Shown here in pieces: positions 1 through 8,266 of a stretch of 64,000 nucleotides of DNA. The notes below the pieces were generated by a model. The model was not told the DNA's origin. It searched no databases and saw only the letters and a list, made by a program, of their open reading frames with translations. The number at the start of each line of letters is the position of its first letter. Within the stretch, counting starts at the first letter, position 1. Both the position numbers and the translations under genes were made by a program. This stretch comes from an uncultured Acidobacteriota bacterium (GTDB taxonomy: Bacteria; Acidobacteriota; Thermoanaerobaculia; Multivoradales; JBCCEF01): assembly GCA_963843275.1 (NCBI GenBank), contig CAWJJM010000012.1, positions 221,756-285,755 on the forward strand, written 5' to 3'.

Positions 1-802
1 CGGAGCGCAGGTCCGCCACCAGCCGCTCGGCGCTCGGGACGCGCCGCTCGCGGTCCTTGGCCAGGCAGGACGCGACGACGTCGACGAGGTCGACGGGGAC
101 CTGGGGCCGGAGGTCGGTGAGCGCCGGCGGCGCGGCGGTGAGGATGGCCTCCAGGGTGCCGCTCTCACCGCTGCCGGAGAACGCCGGTCGGCCCGACAGG
201 CACTCGTAGACCACCGCGCCCAGCGACCACAGGTCGGTGCGCGCGTCGACCTCGTCGCCGCGCACCTGCTCGGGGGACATGTAGCGCAGGGTCCCGGCGA
301 CCTTGCCCCCCGGGGTGATGCGGTCGGAACCGGCCCACAGCGCCACCCCGAAGTCGACCAGCTTGGCGCCCGCGTCGCCGGCGAGCAGGATGTTGGCGGG
401 CTTGACGTCGCGGTGGACGATGCCGTGCCGGTGCGCCTCGGCCAGCGCCTCGCTGACCTGCAGCGCCAGCAGCACCGCCTCGTCCACCCCCAGCACGCCG
501 CGGGCGATGCGGGCGGCGAGCGACTCCCCGGGGTAGTAGGCCATCGCGATGAACAGCTCGCCGTCGTCGGTCTCGTCGACCTCGTAGACGGGGCAGATGT
601 GGGGGTGGTCGAGCTGCGCGGCGGCCTTCGCCTCGAGCAGGAAGCGGCGCTTGCGCTCGGGGTCCTCGGTGAGTCCGGGGGCGAGGAACTTCAGCGCCAC
701 GGTGCGGTCGAGCCGCAGGTCCTGGGCCTTGAAGACCGCACCCATCCCCCCAGCTCCGATGCGCTCCAGGATCCGATAGTGCGAGATGGTGCGTCCCAGC
801 AT
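1..802 (-). CDS. Ser/Thr protein kinase, N-terminal kinase domain (gene continues beyond window start)
   Basis: Minus-strand translation gives MLGRTISHYRILERIGAGGMGAVFKA...HRDVKPANILL...KLVDFG...GTLRYMSPE; Gly-loop, VAIK-like Lys, HRD and DFG motifs all present; ATG at 800-802 (rc); no stop before position 1. Confidence 0.85.
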   Translation of the reverse strand, partial: MLGRTISHYRILERIGAGGMGAVFKAQDLRLDRTVALKFLAPGLTEDPERKRRFLLEAKAAAQLDHPHICPVYEVDETDDGELFIAMAYYPGESLAARIARGVLGVDEAVLLALQVSEALAEAHRHGIVHRDVKPANILLAGDAGAKLVDFGVALWAGSDRITPGGKVAGTLRYMSPEQVRGDEVDARTDLWSLGAVVYECLSGRPAFSGSGESGTLEAILTAAPPALTDLRPQVPVDLVDVVASCLAKDRERRVPSAERLVADLRS

Positions 803-967
803 GGCGGCGCTGTCTCCCCGAGTGACCCCTCCATCCTACAGGTCCGAGCCCCCCCGATGGATGGGGCGGCCGGCGGCGGGTTTCGTCACCGTGCCGGCGG
901 CGGCGCGCCGGGCCTTTACTGCCGCACTGCGGCATGCCAGAATCGGAGGCCGACCCTCCCCCGCGAT

Positions 968-2085
968 CCGATGGCGCCGACCTCCCTCCCTCCCGTCGAG
1001 CCGATCCCCTTCTTCCTGCCGGGGCCCGCCTACGTCCCCGAGGACGCGCGGCAGGCGATGACCCGGCCGGTGGCCGGCCACCGCTCGCCGAGCTTCCGCG
1101 CCGTCTACGAGCGGGTGGCGACGCACCTGCCGCCGGTCTTCCGTACGCGGGGGGAGTGCTTCCTCGCCACGGCGAGCTCGACCTTCGTGATGGAGGCGGC
1201 GATCGTCTCGACGGTCGAGCGCGACGTGCTCAACCTGGTCAACGGCGCCTTTTCCGAGCGCTGGAACGAGATCTGCCGCACCCTGGGCCGCGCCGCCGAC
1301 CGCTTGGAGGTCCCCTGGGGCGCGCCGTCGACCCGGACCTCGTCCGCGCGGCCCTGCGGCGCAAGCGCTACGAGGCCGTGACCGTGGTCCACAACGAGAC
1401 CTCGACCGGCGTGCTCAGCCCGCTCGCGGAGGTGGCGCGGGCGGTCCGCGAGGAGAGCGACGCGCTGCTGCTCGTCGACGCCGTCTCGGCCCTGGGCGGT
1501 GCCGCGGTCGAGACCGACGCCTGGGGCCTCGACCTGGTGCTGGCGGGCAGCCAGAAGGCCCTCGCGGCGCCGCCCGGGCTGGCGGTCTTCACCTTCTCCG
1601 AGCGCGTCGCCGGCCGCGCCGCCGAGCGTCCCTGCCGCGGCTGGTACACCGACCTGTTGCGCTACCGGGCCCGGCACCGGGAGGGGGGGCCGATCAGCAC
1701 CCCGGCGGTGCCGGTGGTGTACGCCCTCGACCACCAGCTCGCGCGGGTCGCCGAGGAGGGGATCGAGGCCCGCTGGGCGCGCCACCTGCGCTGCCGCGAC
1801 GCCACCGTGCGCTGGGCCGGGGCGGCGGGTTCGGGAGCTGCCGGTCGGCGCCGCCGACCGCTCGCCCACCGTCACCTGCCTGGCACCGCCGGCCGGCGGC
1901 TCGCCGCCGCCGACGTGGTCCGCCGCCTCGCCGGCCGCGGCCTGACGGTGGCCGGAGGCTACGGCAGATGGAAGACGACCACCTTCCGCATCGGCCACAT
2001 GGGCGAGGTGCGGGAGGAGCGACCTCGAGGCGGCTGTTCGCCGCCTGCGACGAAATCCTGGAGGAGCCATGGTACCGCATCCTGA
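968..2085 (+). CDS. Class-V (SerC/AGXT-like) aminotransferase, interrupted by frameshifts (~1320 and near 3' end)
   Basis: N-terminus MAPTSLPPVEPIPFFLPGPAYVPEDARQAM... in frame 2, continues in frame 1 as ...YEAVTVVHNETSTGVLSPL...LLVDAVSALGG...DLVLAGSQKAL...TFRIGHMGEV; class-V aminotransferase signature; sits directly upstream of serA. Confidence 0.7.
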
Positions 2086-3646
2086 TCGCCGATCCGATCG
2101 ACGCCGTCGGCCTCGAGATCCTCGAGTGCGTCCGGTGCCGAGGTCCACGTGCTCACCGACGAGGAACGGCCGCGGCTGGCCGAGCTGGTCGGCGGCTTCG
2201 ACGCGCTGGTGGTGCGCGCGGCCACCAAGGTCACCGCGACGATGCTGGCCGAGCCGGGGGCGCTGCGGGTGATCGGCCGGGCCGGCATCGGCGTCGACAA
2301 CGTCGACGTCGCGGCGGCCACCGAGCACGGCATCCTGGTGGTCAACGCCCCGACCGCCAACGTGGTCTCGGCGACCGAGCACACCTTCGCCCTGCTCCTG
2401 GCGCTGGCCCGCCGGGTGCCGGCGGCCGACGCGTCGATGGAGGCGGGCGGGTGGGACCGCAAGAGCTTCGTCGGCACCGAGCTGCACGGCAAGACCCTCG
2501 GGGTCGTCGGCTTCGGCCGCATCGGGCAGCGCGTGGCGGCGCGCGCCCGCGCCTTCGAGATGCACGTGGCGGCCTCCGACCCGTTCCTCGACCCGGCGGT
2601 CGCCCGGCGCGCTCGACGTCGAGCTGCTGCCGCTCGACGAGCTGCTCGCCGCGCGCCGACGTGGTGACGCTGCACACCCCGCTCACCGAGGAGACCCGCA
2701 ACCTGCTCGACGCCCGAGCGGCTGAAGAAGATGAAGCCGGGCGCGCTGCTGGTCAACTGCGGCCGCGGCGGCGTGGTCGACGAGGCGGCGTTGCTGGCGG
2801 CGCTCGAGGCCGGTGAGCTCGGCCGGCGCGGCGCTCGACGTCTACGCCGAGGAGCCGCCGAAGGACTACGCCCTGATGCGCCACCCGCGGGTGGTCGCCA
2901 CGCCGCACATCGGCGCCCAGACCCGCGAGGCCCAGGAGCGCATCGCCACCGAGACGGCGCGCATGGTGCTGGCGGCGCTCGAGGGCTCGCTGGCGGTGAC
3001 CGCGGTCAACCTGCCGTTCGCCTCCACCGGCACCCGCGGCGAGCCGTACCTGGCGCTCGGCGAGCAGGTGGGGCGGCTGGCGGGCTCGCTGCTCGACGGC
3101 GGCCTGCGCAGCGTCGAGGTCGACCTGTGGGGGATCGACGAGGGGCTGCGCCGGCCGCTGTCGGTGGCGGTCCTCAAGGGGGTGCTGACCCCCTTCCTCG
3201 GCGACGCGGTCAACTACGTCAACGCCGAGCGCCTGGCCGAGGCGCGGGGCGTCGAGATGGTGTCCTCGACCCACAGCCGCTCGGCCGACTACCCCCACCT
3301 GGTGGCGGTCCGGGTGACGGCGGAGGAGCGCGTCGAGGTCGCCGGGGCGCTGTTCGGCGAGCGCGACCCGCGGATCGTCCGCTTCGGCGACTTCCGGCTC
3401 GAGTTCCGCCCGCTCGGCTGCCTGCTGGTCCTGCGCAACCGCGACGTCCCCGGGGTGGTGGGGCGGCTGGGGACCCTGCTCGGAGAGGCCGGCGTCAACA
3501 TCGCCGACATCCACCTGTCGCGCCGCGACCAGGAGGCCGAGGCCCTCGCCGTCCTGCGCCTCGACCAACGGCCGCCGGCGGCGACCCTCGAGCGCCTGCG
3601 CGAGCTCCCCGAAGTGCGCTCGGTGCGGGTGCTCGAGCTCGGCTGA
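2069..3646 (+). CDS. serA: D-3-phosphoglycerate dehydrogenase with C-terminal ACT domain; at least 4 frameshifts as assembled
   Basis: (M)YRILIADPIDAVGLEIL...VEVHVLTDEERPRL...GRAGIGVDNVDV...NAPTANVVSATEH...LHGKTLGVVGFGRIGQ... in frames 0/1/1/2; indels at atgg (2069), ~2140, gccc (2703), ~2810; ACT domain ...GVVGRLGTLLGEAGVNIADIHL; stop at 3646. Confidence 0.8.
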
Positions 3647-3694
3647 GCGGCGGGCGCGACCGCCCGGGCGCCGGCCGCCCCGTTGCTATGATGC

Positions 3695-3715
3695 CGCCTC
3701 CCGCGGTCCCGGCCG
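3695..3715. terminator. GC hairpin (cccgcgg-tcccgg-ccgcggg) downstream of serA; possible intrinsic terminator without U-tract
   Basis: 7-bp perfect inverted repeat with 6-nt loop read directly from sequence; followed by AGGAG RBS and ATG of next gene at 3761. Confidence 0.3.
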
Positions 3716-3760
3716 CGGGCCGTTCCGCCCCAGGATCCCGACCGCATCCAGAGGAGTCGG

Positions 3761-4594
3761 ATGACCGAGAGTGTCTTCACGAGCAAGGTGGGGGTGTTCG
3801 TCGATTCGGCGAACATCTCGATGAACGGCGGCCGCGGCATGCGCTTCGACGTGCTGCGCGACTTCGCCGGCCGCGACGGCGGCGAGATCGTGCGGCTCAA
3901 CGTGTACGTGGCCTACGACAGCCGCCGCGCCGACGAGGACCCCGAGTACAAGCGGGGGCAGTTCCAGTTCCACTCCATCCTGCGCGACTTCGGCTACAAG
4001 GTGGTCCAGAAGCCGGTGCGCCACTTCCGCGACGAGAGCGGCGAGACGGTCTCGAAGGCCAACGTCGACCTCGAGATGGCGGTCGATCTGCTGCTGCAGT
4101 CCGAGAAGCTCGACCGCATCGTTCTGGCGACCGGCGACGGCGACTTCCTGCAGGTGGTGCGGGCGCTGCAGAACCACGGCTGCCGGGTGGAGGTGGTGGC
4201 CTTCGACAACGTCTCCGTCGACCTGCGGGCGGAGGCCGACATGTTCGTCTCCGGCTACCTCATCCCCAATCTGCTGGCGGTCGCCGACAACGACGCCACC
4301 TGGGGCGAGGTCGGCTCGCGGGTGCGGGGCTTCTGCTACTACCACTCCGGCAAGGGCTACGGCTTCCTGCGCTTCATCAAGCACCTCGGCCCGGGCCTGT
4401 GGATCGTCGACACCCGGCGCGACGACTCGCCGTACGAGAGCGTCTTCTTCCACGACTCGAAGCTGCCCGACAACGTCAGCTACCAGTCGCTGCCGAGCCG
4501 CAACCTGATCTTCGAGTTCACCCTCGCCGCCCCCGAGCCGGGCGGCAAGAGCAGCTTCCAGGCCGAGGACATCCGGGTGATCGCCCGCTTGTGA
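3761..4594 (+). CDS. NYN (LabA-like) nuclease-domain protein fused to a C-terminal cold-shock (CSD) domain
   Basis: N-terminus VGVFVDSANISMNGG...RLNVYVAYD...IVLATGDGDFLQVVRALQNHGCRVEVVAF is NYN/LabA-like; C-terminus RGFCYYHSGKGYGFLRF...ESVFFHDSKL...FEFTL...AEDIRVI is a CspA-like OB fold; intact 277-aa ORF with AGGAG RBS. Confidence 0.75.
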   Translation: MTESVFTSKVGVFVDSANISMNGGRGMRFDVLRDFAGRDGGEIVRLNVYVAYDSRRADEDPEYKRGQFQFHSILRDFGYKVVQKPVRHFRDESGETVSKANVDLEMAVDLLLQSEKLDRIVLATGDGDFLQVVRALQNHGCRVEVVAFDNVSVDLRAEADMFVSGYLIPNLLAVADNDATWGEVGSRVRGFCYYHSGKGYGFLRFIKHLGPGLWIVDTRRDDSPYESVFFHDSKLPDNVSYQSLPSRNLIFEFTLAAPEPGGKSSFQAEDIRVIARL

Positions 4595-4601
4595 GGCGAC
4601 G

Positions 4602-5408
4602 GTGAACGGCGGCGACGAGGGGCCCTGGGCCGCCTTCGCCGGCGAGGAGGCGCGCGACGCCCGGCGCCTGCGCCGGGCCGCCGTCGCCGCCGTCGGGCTC
4701 CACCTCGTGCTGCTCGCCCTGCCGCGTCCGGTCGCCCACCCGCGGCCGGGGGCGCCCCCCGCCGGAGCCGCCGCCTTCGCCCTGCACAGCTTCCGGCTGG
4801 CGCCCCCGGCGCCCCCTCCCGAGCCGGCGCTGCCGGCGCCCGAGCCACCGCCCGCCGCTCCGCCGGCCGCCGCCGCCGGCGCCCCGCCCGCCGCCGCGCC
4901 CCGCGCGGCGAGCGTCGAGATCCTGTTCGCCGAGGGCGAGGACTCGCGCCTGGTGCCGCCGCGGCCGCTGGCGACGCCCGCGCCGCGGCGCCCCGCCCGG
5001 GCGCCGGCCGGGCGCCCCGACGCCGTCCGGCTGCTGCTGCGGCTCGACGCCGCCGGCAGCGTCCTCGACGTGCGGGTGGAGGCGGGGGAGGAGCCGTTCG
5101 CGTCCGCCGCGGTGGCCGCCGCCCGCGGTTGGCTGTTCCTCCCCGCCACCCTCGATGGCGCGCCCCTGCCGGTGGTCTTCGAGGTGGTGGTCCGCTTCCC
5201 GCCGGAGGAGGGGGCCGGCCCGCCGCCGGCGCCGCCGGTGGACGGGGGTGGCGGCGCTCAGCCGCCGTCCGCCCCGGCGGACGGCCGGGCCCGGTCCGCC
5301 CCCACCGCGGCGGCGAGGTCGGGGAGCCCGTCGCGGTCGAGCCGGCGCAGCAACCCGCGGTGGATGTCGCGCGGCAGGAAGGGGCCGGCGAAGACGAGGG
5401 CGGTGTAG
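4602..5408 (+). CDS. TonB C-terminal-domain protein with Pro/Ala-rich linker; 3' end uncertain (overlaps pyrD, probably shorter)
   Basis: TM-like LHLVLLALP, then PAPPPEPALPAPEPPPAAPPAAAAGAPPAAAP, then TonB_C-like ...VRLLLRLDAAGSVLDVRVEAGEEPFASAAVAAARGWLFLPATLDGAPLPVVFEVVVRF; tail after VVVRF is low-complexity read-through. Confidence 0.55.
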   Translation: MNGGDEGPWAAFAGEEARDARRLRRAAVAAVGLHLVLLALPRPVAHPRPGAPPAGAAAFALHSFRLAPPAPPPEPALPAPEPPPAAPPAAAAGAPPAAAPRAASVEILFAEGEDSRLVPPRPLATPAPRRPARAPAGRPDAVRLLLRLDAAGSVLDVRVEAGEEPFASAAVAAARGWLFLPATLDGAPLPVVFEVVVRFPPEEGAGPPPAPPVDGGGGAQPPSAPADGRARSAPTAAARSGSPSRSSRRSNPRWMSRGRKGPAKTRAV

Positions 5409-6352
5409 AGCTGCACCAGGTGGGCGCCGGCGCGGATCCGCCGGTAGGCCTCGTCCGCCGAGCCGATGCCGCCGGCGCTCACCAGCAGGCAGCGCCCGCC
5501 GAGCTCGCCGGCGAGCGCCGCCAGCATGCGGCGGCTCTTCTCCCGGAGAACGGCGCCGGACAGCCCGCCCGCACCCCGCGCCCGCGGCAGCAGCGACAGG
5601 TCGGTGGTGGTGTTGGTGGCGACGATGCCGGCGGCGCCGGCGTCGACGGCGGCGGCGGCGAGCGCCACCGCCCGCGGCAGCTCCAGGTCGGGCGACAGCT
5701 TCACCAGCACCGGCCGGTCGGTGGCGGCGCGGGCCGCCGCGAGGACGGCGCCGAGGAAGGCCTCGTTCTGCAGGTCGCGCAGTCCCGGGGTGTTGGGGGA
5801 GGAGACGTTGATCACCAGGTAGTCGGCGAGCCGCCCCAGGCGCTCGGCCAGGCGGCGGTAGTCGTCGAGCGCCGCGGCGTCCGGCGTCGCCTTGTTCTTC
5901 CCCAGGTTGATGCCCAGCGGGAAGCGCTGCCGCAGGCCGGCCGGCAGCCGCTCCAGGCGGCCCGCCAGCGCCTCCATGCCGCGGTTGTTGAAACCCAGCC
6001 GGTTGAGCACGCTCTCCGCCTCCGGGAAGCGGAACAGGCGCGGGCGCGGGTTGCCGGGCTGGGCGAGCGGGGTGACCGTGCCGAGCTCGGCGAAGGCGAA
6101 GCCCAGGGCCGGCAGCGCCGCCACCATCTCGGCGTCCTTGTCGAAGCCGGCGGCGAGTCCCAGCGGACCGGGGAAGGTGCGCCCCAGCAGCCGCTGGGCC
6201 AGCCGCGGGTCGGAGGGCGCGTTGCGCGCCGCCAGGCCGCGCGCCAGCGGCCGCGTCGCGCCGAGGGCGCGCAGGGCGAGCTTGCCGGCGCGGTGGGCGT
6301 GCTCGGCGTCGATGCGGAAGAGCAGGGGGCGGAGCAGGCGGTAGACGGACAC
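5258..6352 (-). CDS. pyrD: Dihydroorotate dehydrogenase (quinone), class 2
   Basis: 364-aa intact ORF; MSVYRLLRPLLFRIDAEHAHR...FPGPLGLAAGFDKD...GFNNRG...VINVSSPNTPGLRDLQ...LVKLSPDL...ATNTT...GLSG... is the canonical PyrD signature. Confidence 0.9.
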   Translation of the reverse strand: MSVYRLLRPLLFRIDAEHAHRAGKLALRALGATRPLARGLAARNAPSDPRLAQRLLGRTFPGPLGLAAGFDKDAEMVAALPALGFAFAELGTVTPLAQPGNPRPRLFRFPEAESVLNRLGFNNRGMEALAGRLERLPAGLRQRFPLGINLGKNKATPDAAALDDYRRLAERLGRLADYLVINVSSPNTPGLRDLQNEAFLGAVLAAARAATDRPVLVKLSPDLELPRAVALAAAAVDAGAAGIVATNTTTDLSLLPRARGAGGLSGAVLREKSRRMLAALAGELGGRCLLVSAGGIGSADEAYRRIRAGAHLVQLYTALVFAGPFLPRDIHRGLLRRLDRDGLPDLAAAVGADRARPSAGADGG

Positions 6353-6371
6353 GGGAGGTGCGGGGCCGGTC

Positions 6372-7403
6372 TCAGACGGTCCGGCGCCGGCCGGCGCCGA
6401 GCGGCACGCGGCCGGCGAGCAGCTCGGCGGCGGGGCGGGTGATGTCGAAGCGGGCCAGCACGATGCGCAGCACGGCGGTGATCGGCGCCGCCAGGAACAT
6501 CCCGGGCACGCCCCACAGGATCCCCCAGACGCCGAGCGCGAGCAGGATGGTCACCGGGTGGAGGTCGAGCCCCTCGCCCATGAACACCGGCTCGATGACG
6601 TTGCCCACCACCAGGTGCACCAGACCCGGCAGCACCACCACGGCGACGATCTTCCACAGCGAGTCGAACTGCGCCACCGCCAGCGGCACCGGCAGCAGGG
6701 TGGCGACGACGGCCCCGATGTTGGGGATGAAGTTGAGCAGGAAGGTCAGCACTCCGAACACCACCGCCAGCTCCAGCCCCAGGGCGGCGAGGATCAGCCC
6801 GACGACGATCCCCGCCACCGCCGAGACCAGGAACTTGGTCACCACGTAGCGGCGGACGGCGTGGTCGATCTCCCCGAAGATGCCGCGGCGCGCCCGCTCC
6901 GGGTTGCGCCCGGCGAGCAGGAAGAGGACGAAGATCACCACCAGCACCAGGGTCGAGCTCAGGCCGAGGGCGGCGCCCGCCGCGACGCCGGCGATCTCCA
7001 TCACCGGGAGCCGGCGGATGGCCTCCAGCATCGGCGCCCGCCCCGCCTCGAAGCCGAGGAAGCCGTAGACGTCGCGGGCGAGCTCGCGCAGGCTCTCGCG
7101 GTACTGGTCGGCGGCGTCGAGGATCTGGCTCACCGCGCCGGCGATCAGCCAGCCGATCGCCGAGGTCAGCGCCACCACCGCCAGGAAGCCCACCGCCACC
7201 GCCAGCCAACGCGGGAAGCGCAGGCGCTGCTCGAGGACGTCGAGCAACGGCGCCACCAGGTAGCTGATGAAGATCGCCAGCACGAACGGCATGGTCAGGG
7301 CGCGCGTGTAGACCAGCGCCACGCCCGTCGCCACCGCCGCGATCACCAGCAGCGATCCGGTGACCAGCCACACCTGCTCCTCGCGCAGCCGCTCGAGCGT
7401 CAT
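6372..7403 (-). CDS. AI-2E family transporter (PerM/YhhT-like, UPF0118)
   Basis: Start MTLERLREEQVWLVTG...; about 8 TM helices; conserved ...LTFLLNFIPNIGAVVATLLPVPLAVAQF...LDLHPVTILLALGVWGILWGVPGMFLAAPITAVL; the longer ORF to 8024 is an antisense extension. Confidence 0.8.
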   Translation of the reverse strand: MTLERLREEQVWLVTGSLLVIAAVATGVALVYTRALTMPFVLAIFISYLVAPLLDVLEQRLRFPRWLAVAVGFLAVVALTSAIGWLIAGAVSQILDAADQYRESLRELARDVYGFLGFEAGRAPMLEAIRRLPVMEIAGVAAGAALGLSSTLVLVVIFVLFLLAGRNPERARRGIFGEIDHAVRRYVVTKFLVSAVAGIVVGLILAALGLELAVVFGVLTFLLNFIPNIGAVVATLLPVPLAVAQFDSLWKIVAVVVLPGLVHLVVGNVIEPVFMGEGLDLHPVTILLALGVWGILWGVPGMFLAAPITAVLRIVLARFDITRPAAELLAGRVPLGAGRRRTV

Positions 7404-7491
7404 CGCCGCGGAGCTTACCGCGGGCCCGACCCTCCGCCGCGGGTCTGCCGCGGGTAAGCTCGGCCCCACACCGACCTGCAAGGAGACCTCC

Positions 7492-8232
7492 ATGGCGAGC
7501 CCCCGTGTCCCCCGCCCGGTCCGACGACGCGGCACCCTCCGGCGCCGGGCGTCGCAGGCCCTGGTCGCGCTGCTCCTCTCCCCGGCCCTGCCGGCGCTGG
7601 CGGCGCCGGCGCCCGGCGTCCGCACGATGGTCCTGGTGCGCCACGGCGAGTACGACCACGCCGACCCGCGCCCCGAGGACGTCGGCAAGGGGCTGCTGCC
7701 GATCGGGGTGGCGCAGGCGCGGCTGCTCGGCGCCCGCCTGCGCGCCCTCGGCGTCGTCTTCGACCGCTTCGACGCGAGCCCGCTCACCCGCGCCCGGCAG
7801 ACCGCCGCGGTGCTGCGCGACGAGCTGCCGGGAACGACCGTGCGCATCGTCCCCGAGCTGGCGGAGTGCACGCCGCCGACGCGCCGTACCGAGGTGACCC
7901 GCGACGAGGATCCCGAGGAGATGGAGGCGTGCAGACGACGGCTCGACCGGCTCTTCGCCGAGCGCTTCGTCCCCTCCCCGGCGGGGGACCGCCACGAGCT
8001 GCTGGTCGCCCACGGCAACGTCATCCGCTACCTGGTCACCCGTGCGCTCGGGGTGGACACCCGCGCCTGGCTCGAGATGTCGGTGCACAACGCCAGCCTG
8101 ACGGTGATCGACGTCGAGCCGGACGGACGATTCAAGGTCCTCGCGGTCGGCGACAGCGGCCATCTGCCGCCGTCGTTGACCACCGGCGCGACCGGCGACC
8201 CGCCGCGCAGCCTGGCCCTGCCCGGCGGATGA
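7492..8232 (+). CDS. Histidine phosphatase family protein (SixA/PGAM-like) with Tat-type signal peptide
   Basis: MASPRVPRPVRRRGTLRRRASQALVALLLSPALPALAAP then MVLVRHGEY (RHG catalytic motif)...LTRARQTAAVL...LLVAHGNVIRYL. Confidence 0.75.
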   Translation: MASPRVPRPVRRRGTLRRRASQALVALLLSPALPALAAPAPGVRTMVLVRHGEYDHADPRPEDVGKGLLPIGVAQARLLGARLRALGVVFDRFDASPLTRARQTAAVLRDELPGTTVRIVPELAECTPPTRRTEVTRDEDPEEMEACRRRLDRLFAERFVPSPAGDRHELLVAHGNVIRYLVTRALGVDTRAWLEMSVHNASLTVIDVEPDGRFKVLAVGDSGHLPPSLTTGATGDPPRSLALPGG

Positions 8233-8266
8233 AGGGACGGGGCGGCGGCGCGCGAGCGCCGTCCGC

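Noticed and set aside
165-935. 256-aa minus-strand ORF listed in the track
   Set aside because: Wrong frame of the kinase locus (Arg-rich nonsense). The true kinase frame runs off the window edge and therefore was not listed.
413-1381. 322-aa + strand ORF overlapping the kinase gene
   Set aside because: Antisense shadow of the Ser/Thr kinase (high-GC DNA gives long open frames on the opposite strand); its Arg/Gly/Leu-rich translation has no motifs, whereas the minus frame gives perfect kinase motifs. Its last ~140 codons happen to coincide with the N-terminus of the aminotransferase.
5129-6442. 437-aa + strand ORF and 5155-5811 (218 aa) ORF
   Set aside because: Antisense to pyrD; Gly/Arg/Ala low-complexity translation; pyrD on the minus strand has the canonical signature.
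7404-8163. Upstream extension of ORF 6372-8024 (minus) and 783-aa ORF 5812-8163 (minus)
   Set aside because: Read-through/alternative-frame artefacts. The AI-2E transporter starts at MTLERL (7403). The region 7492-8232 is better explained by the + strand histidine-phosphatase gene with clear RHG/H motifs.
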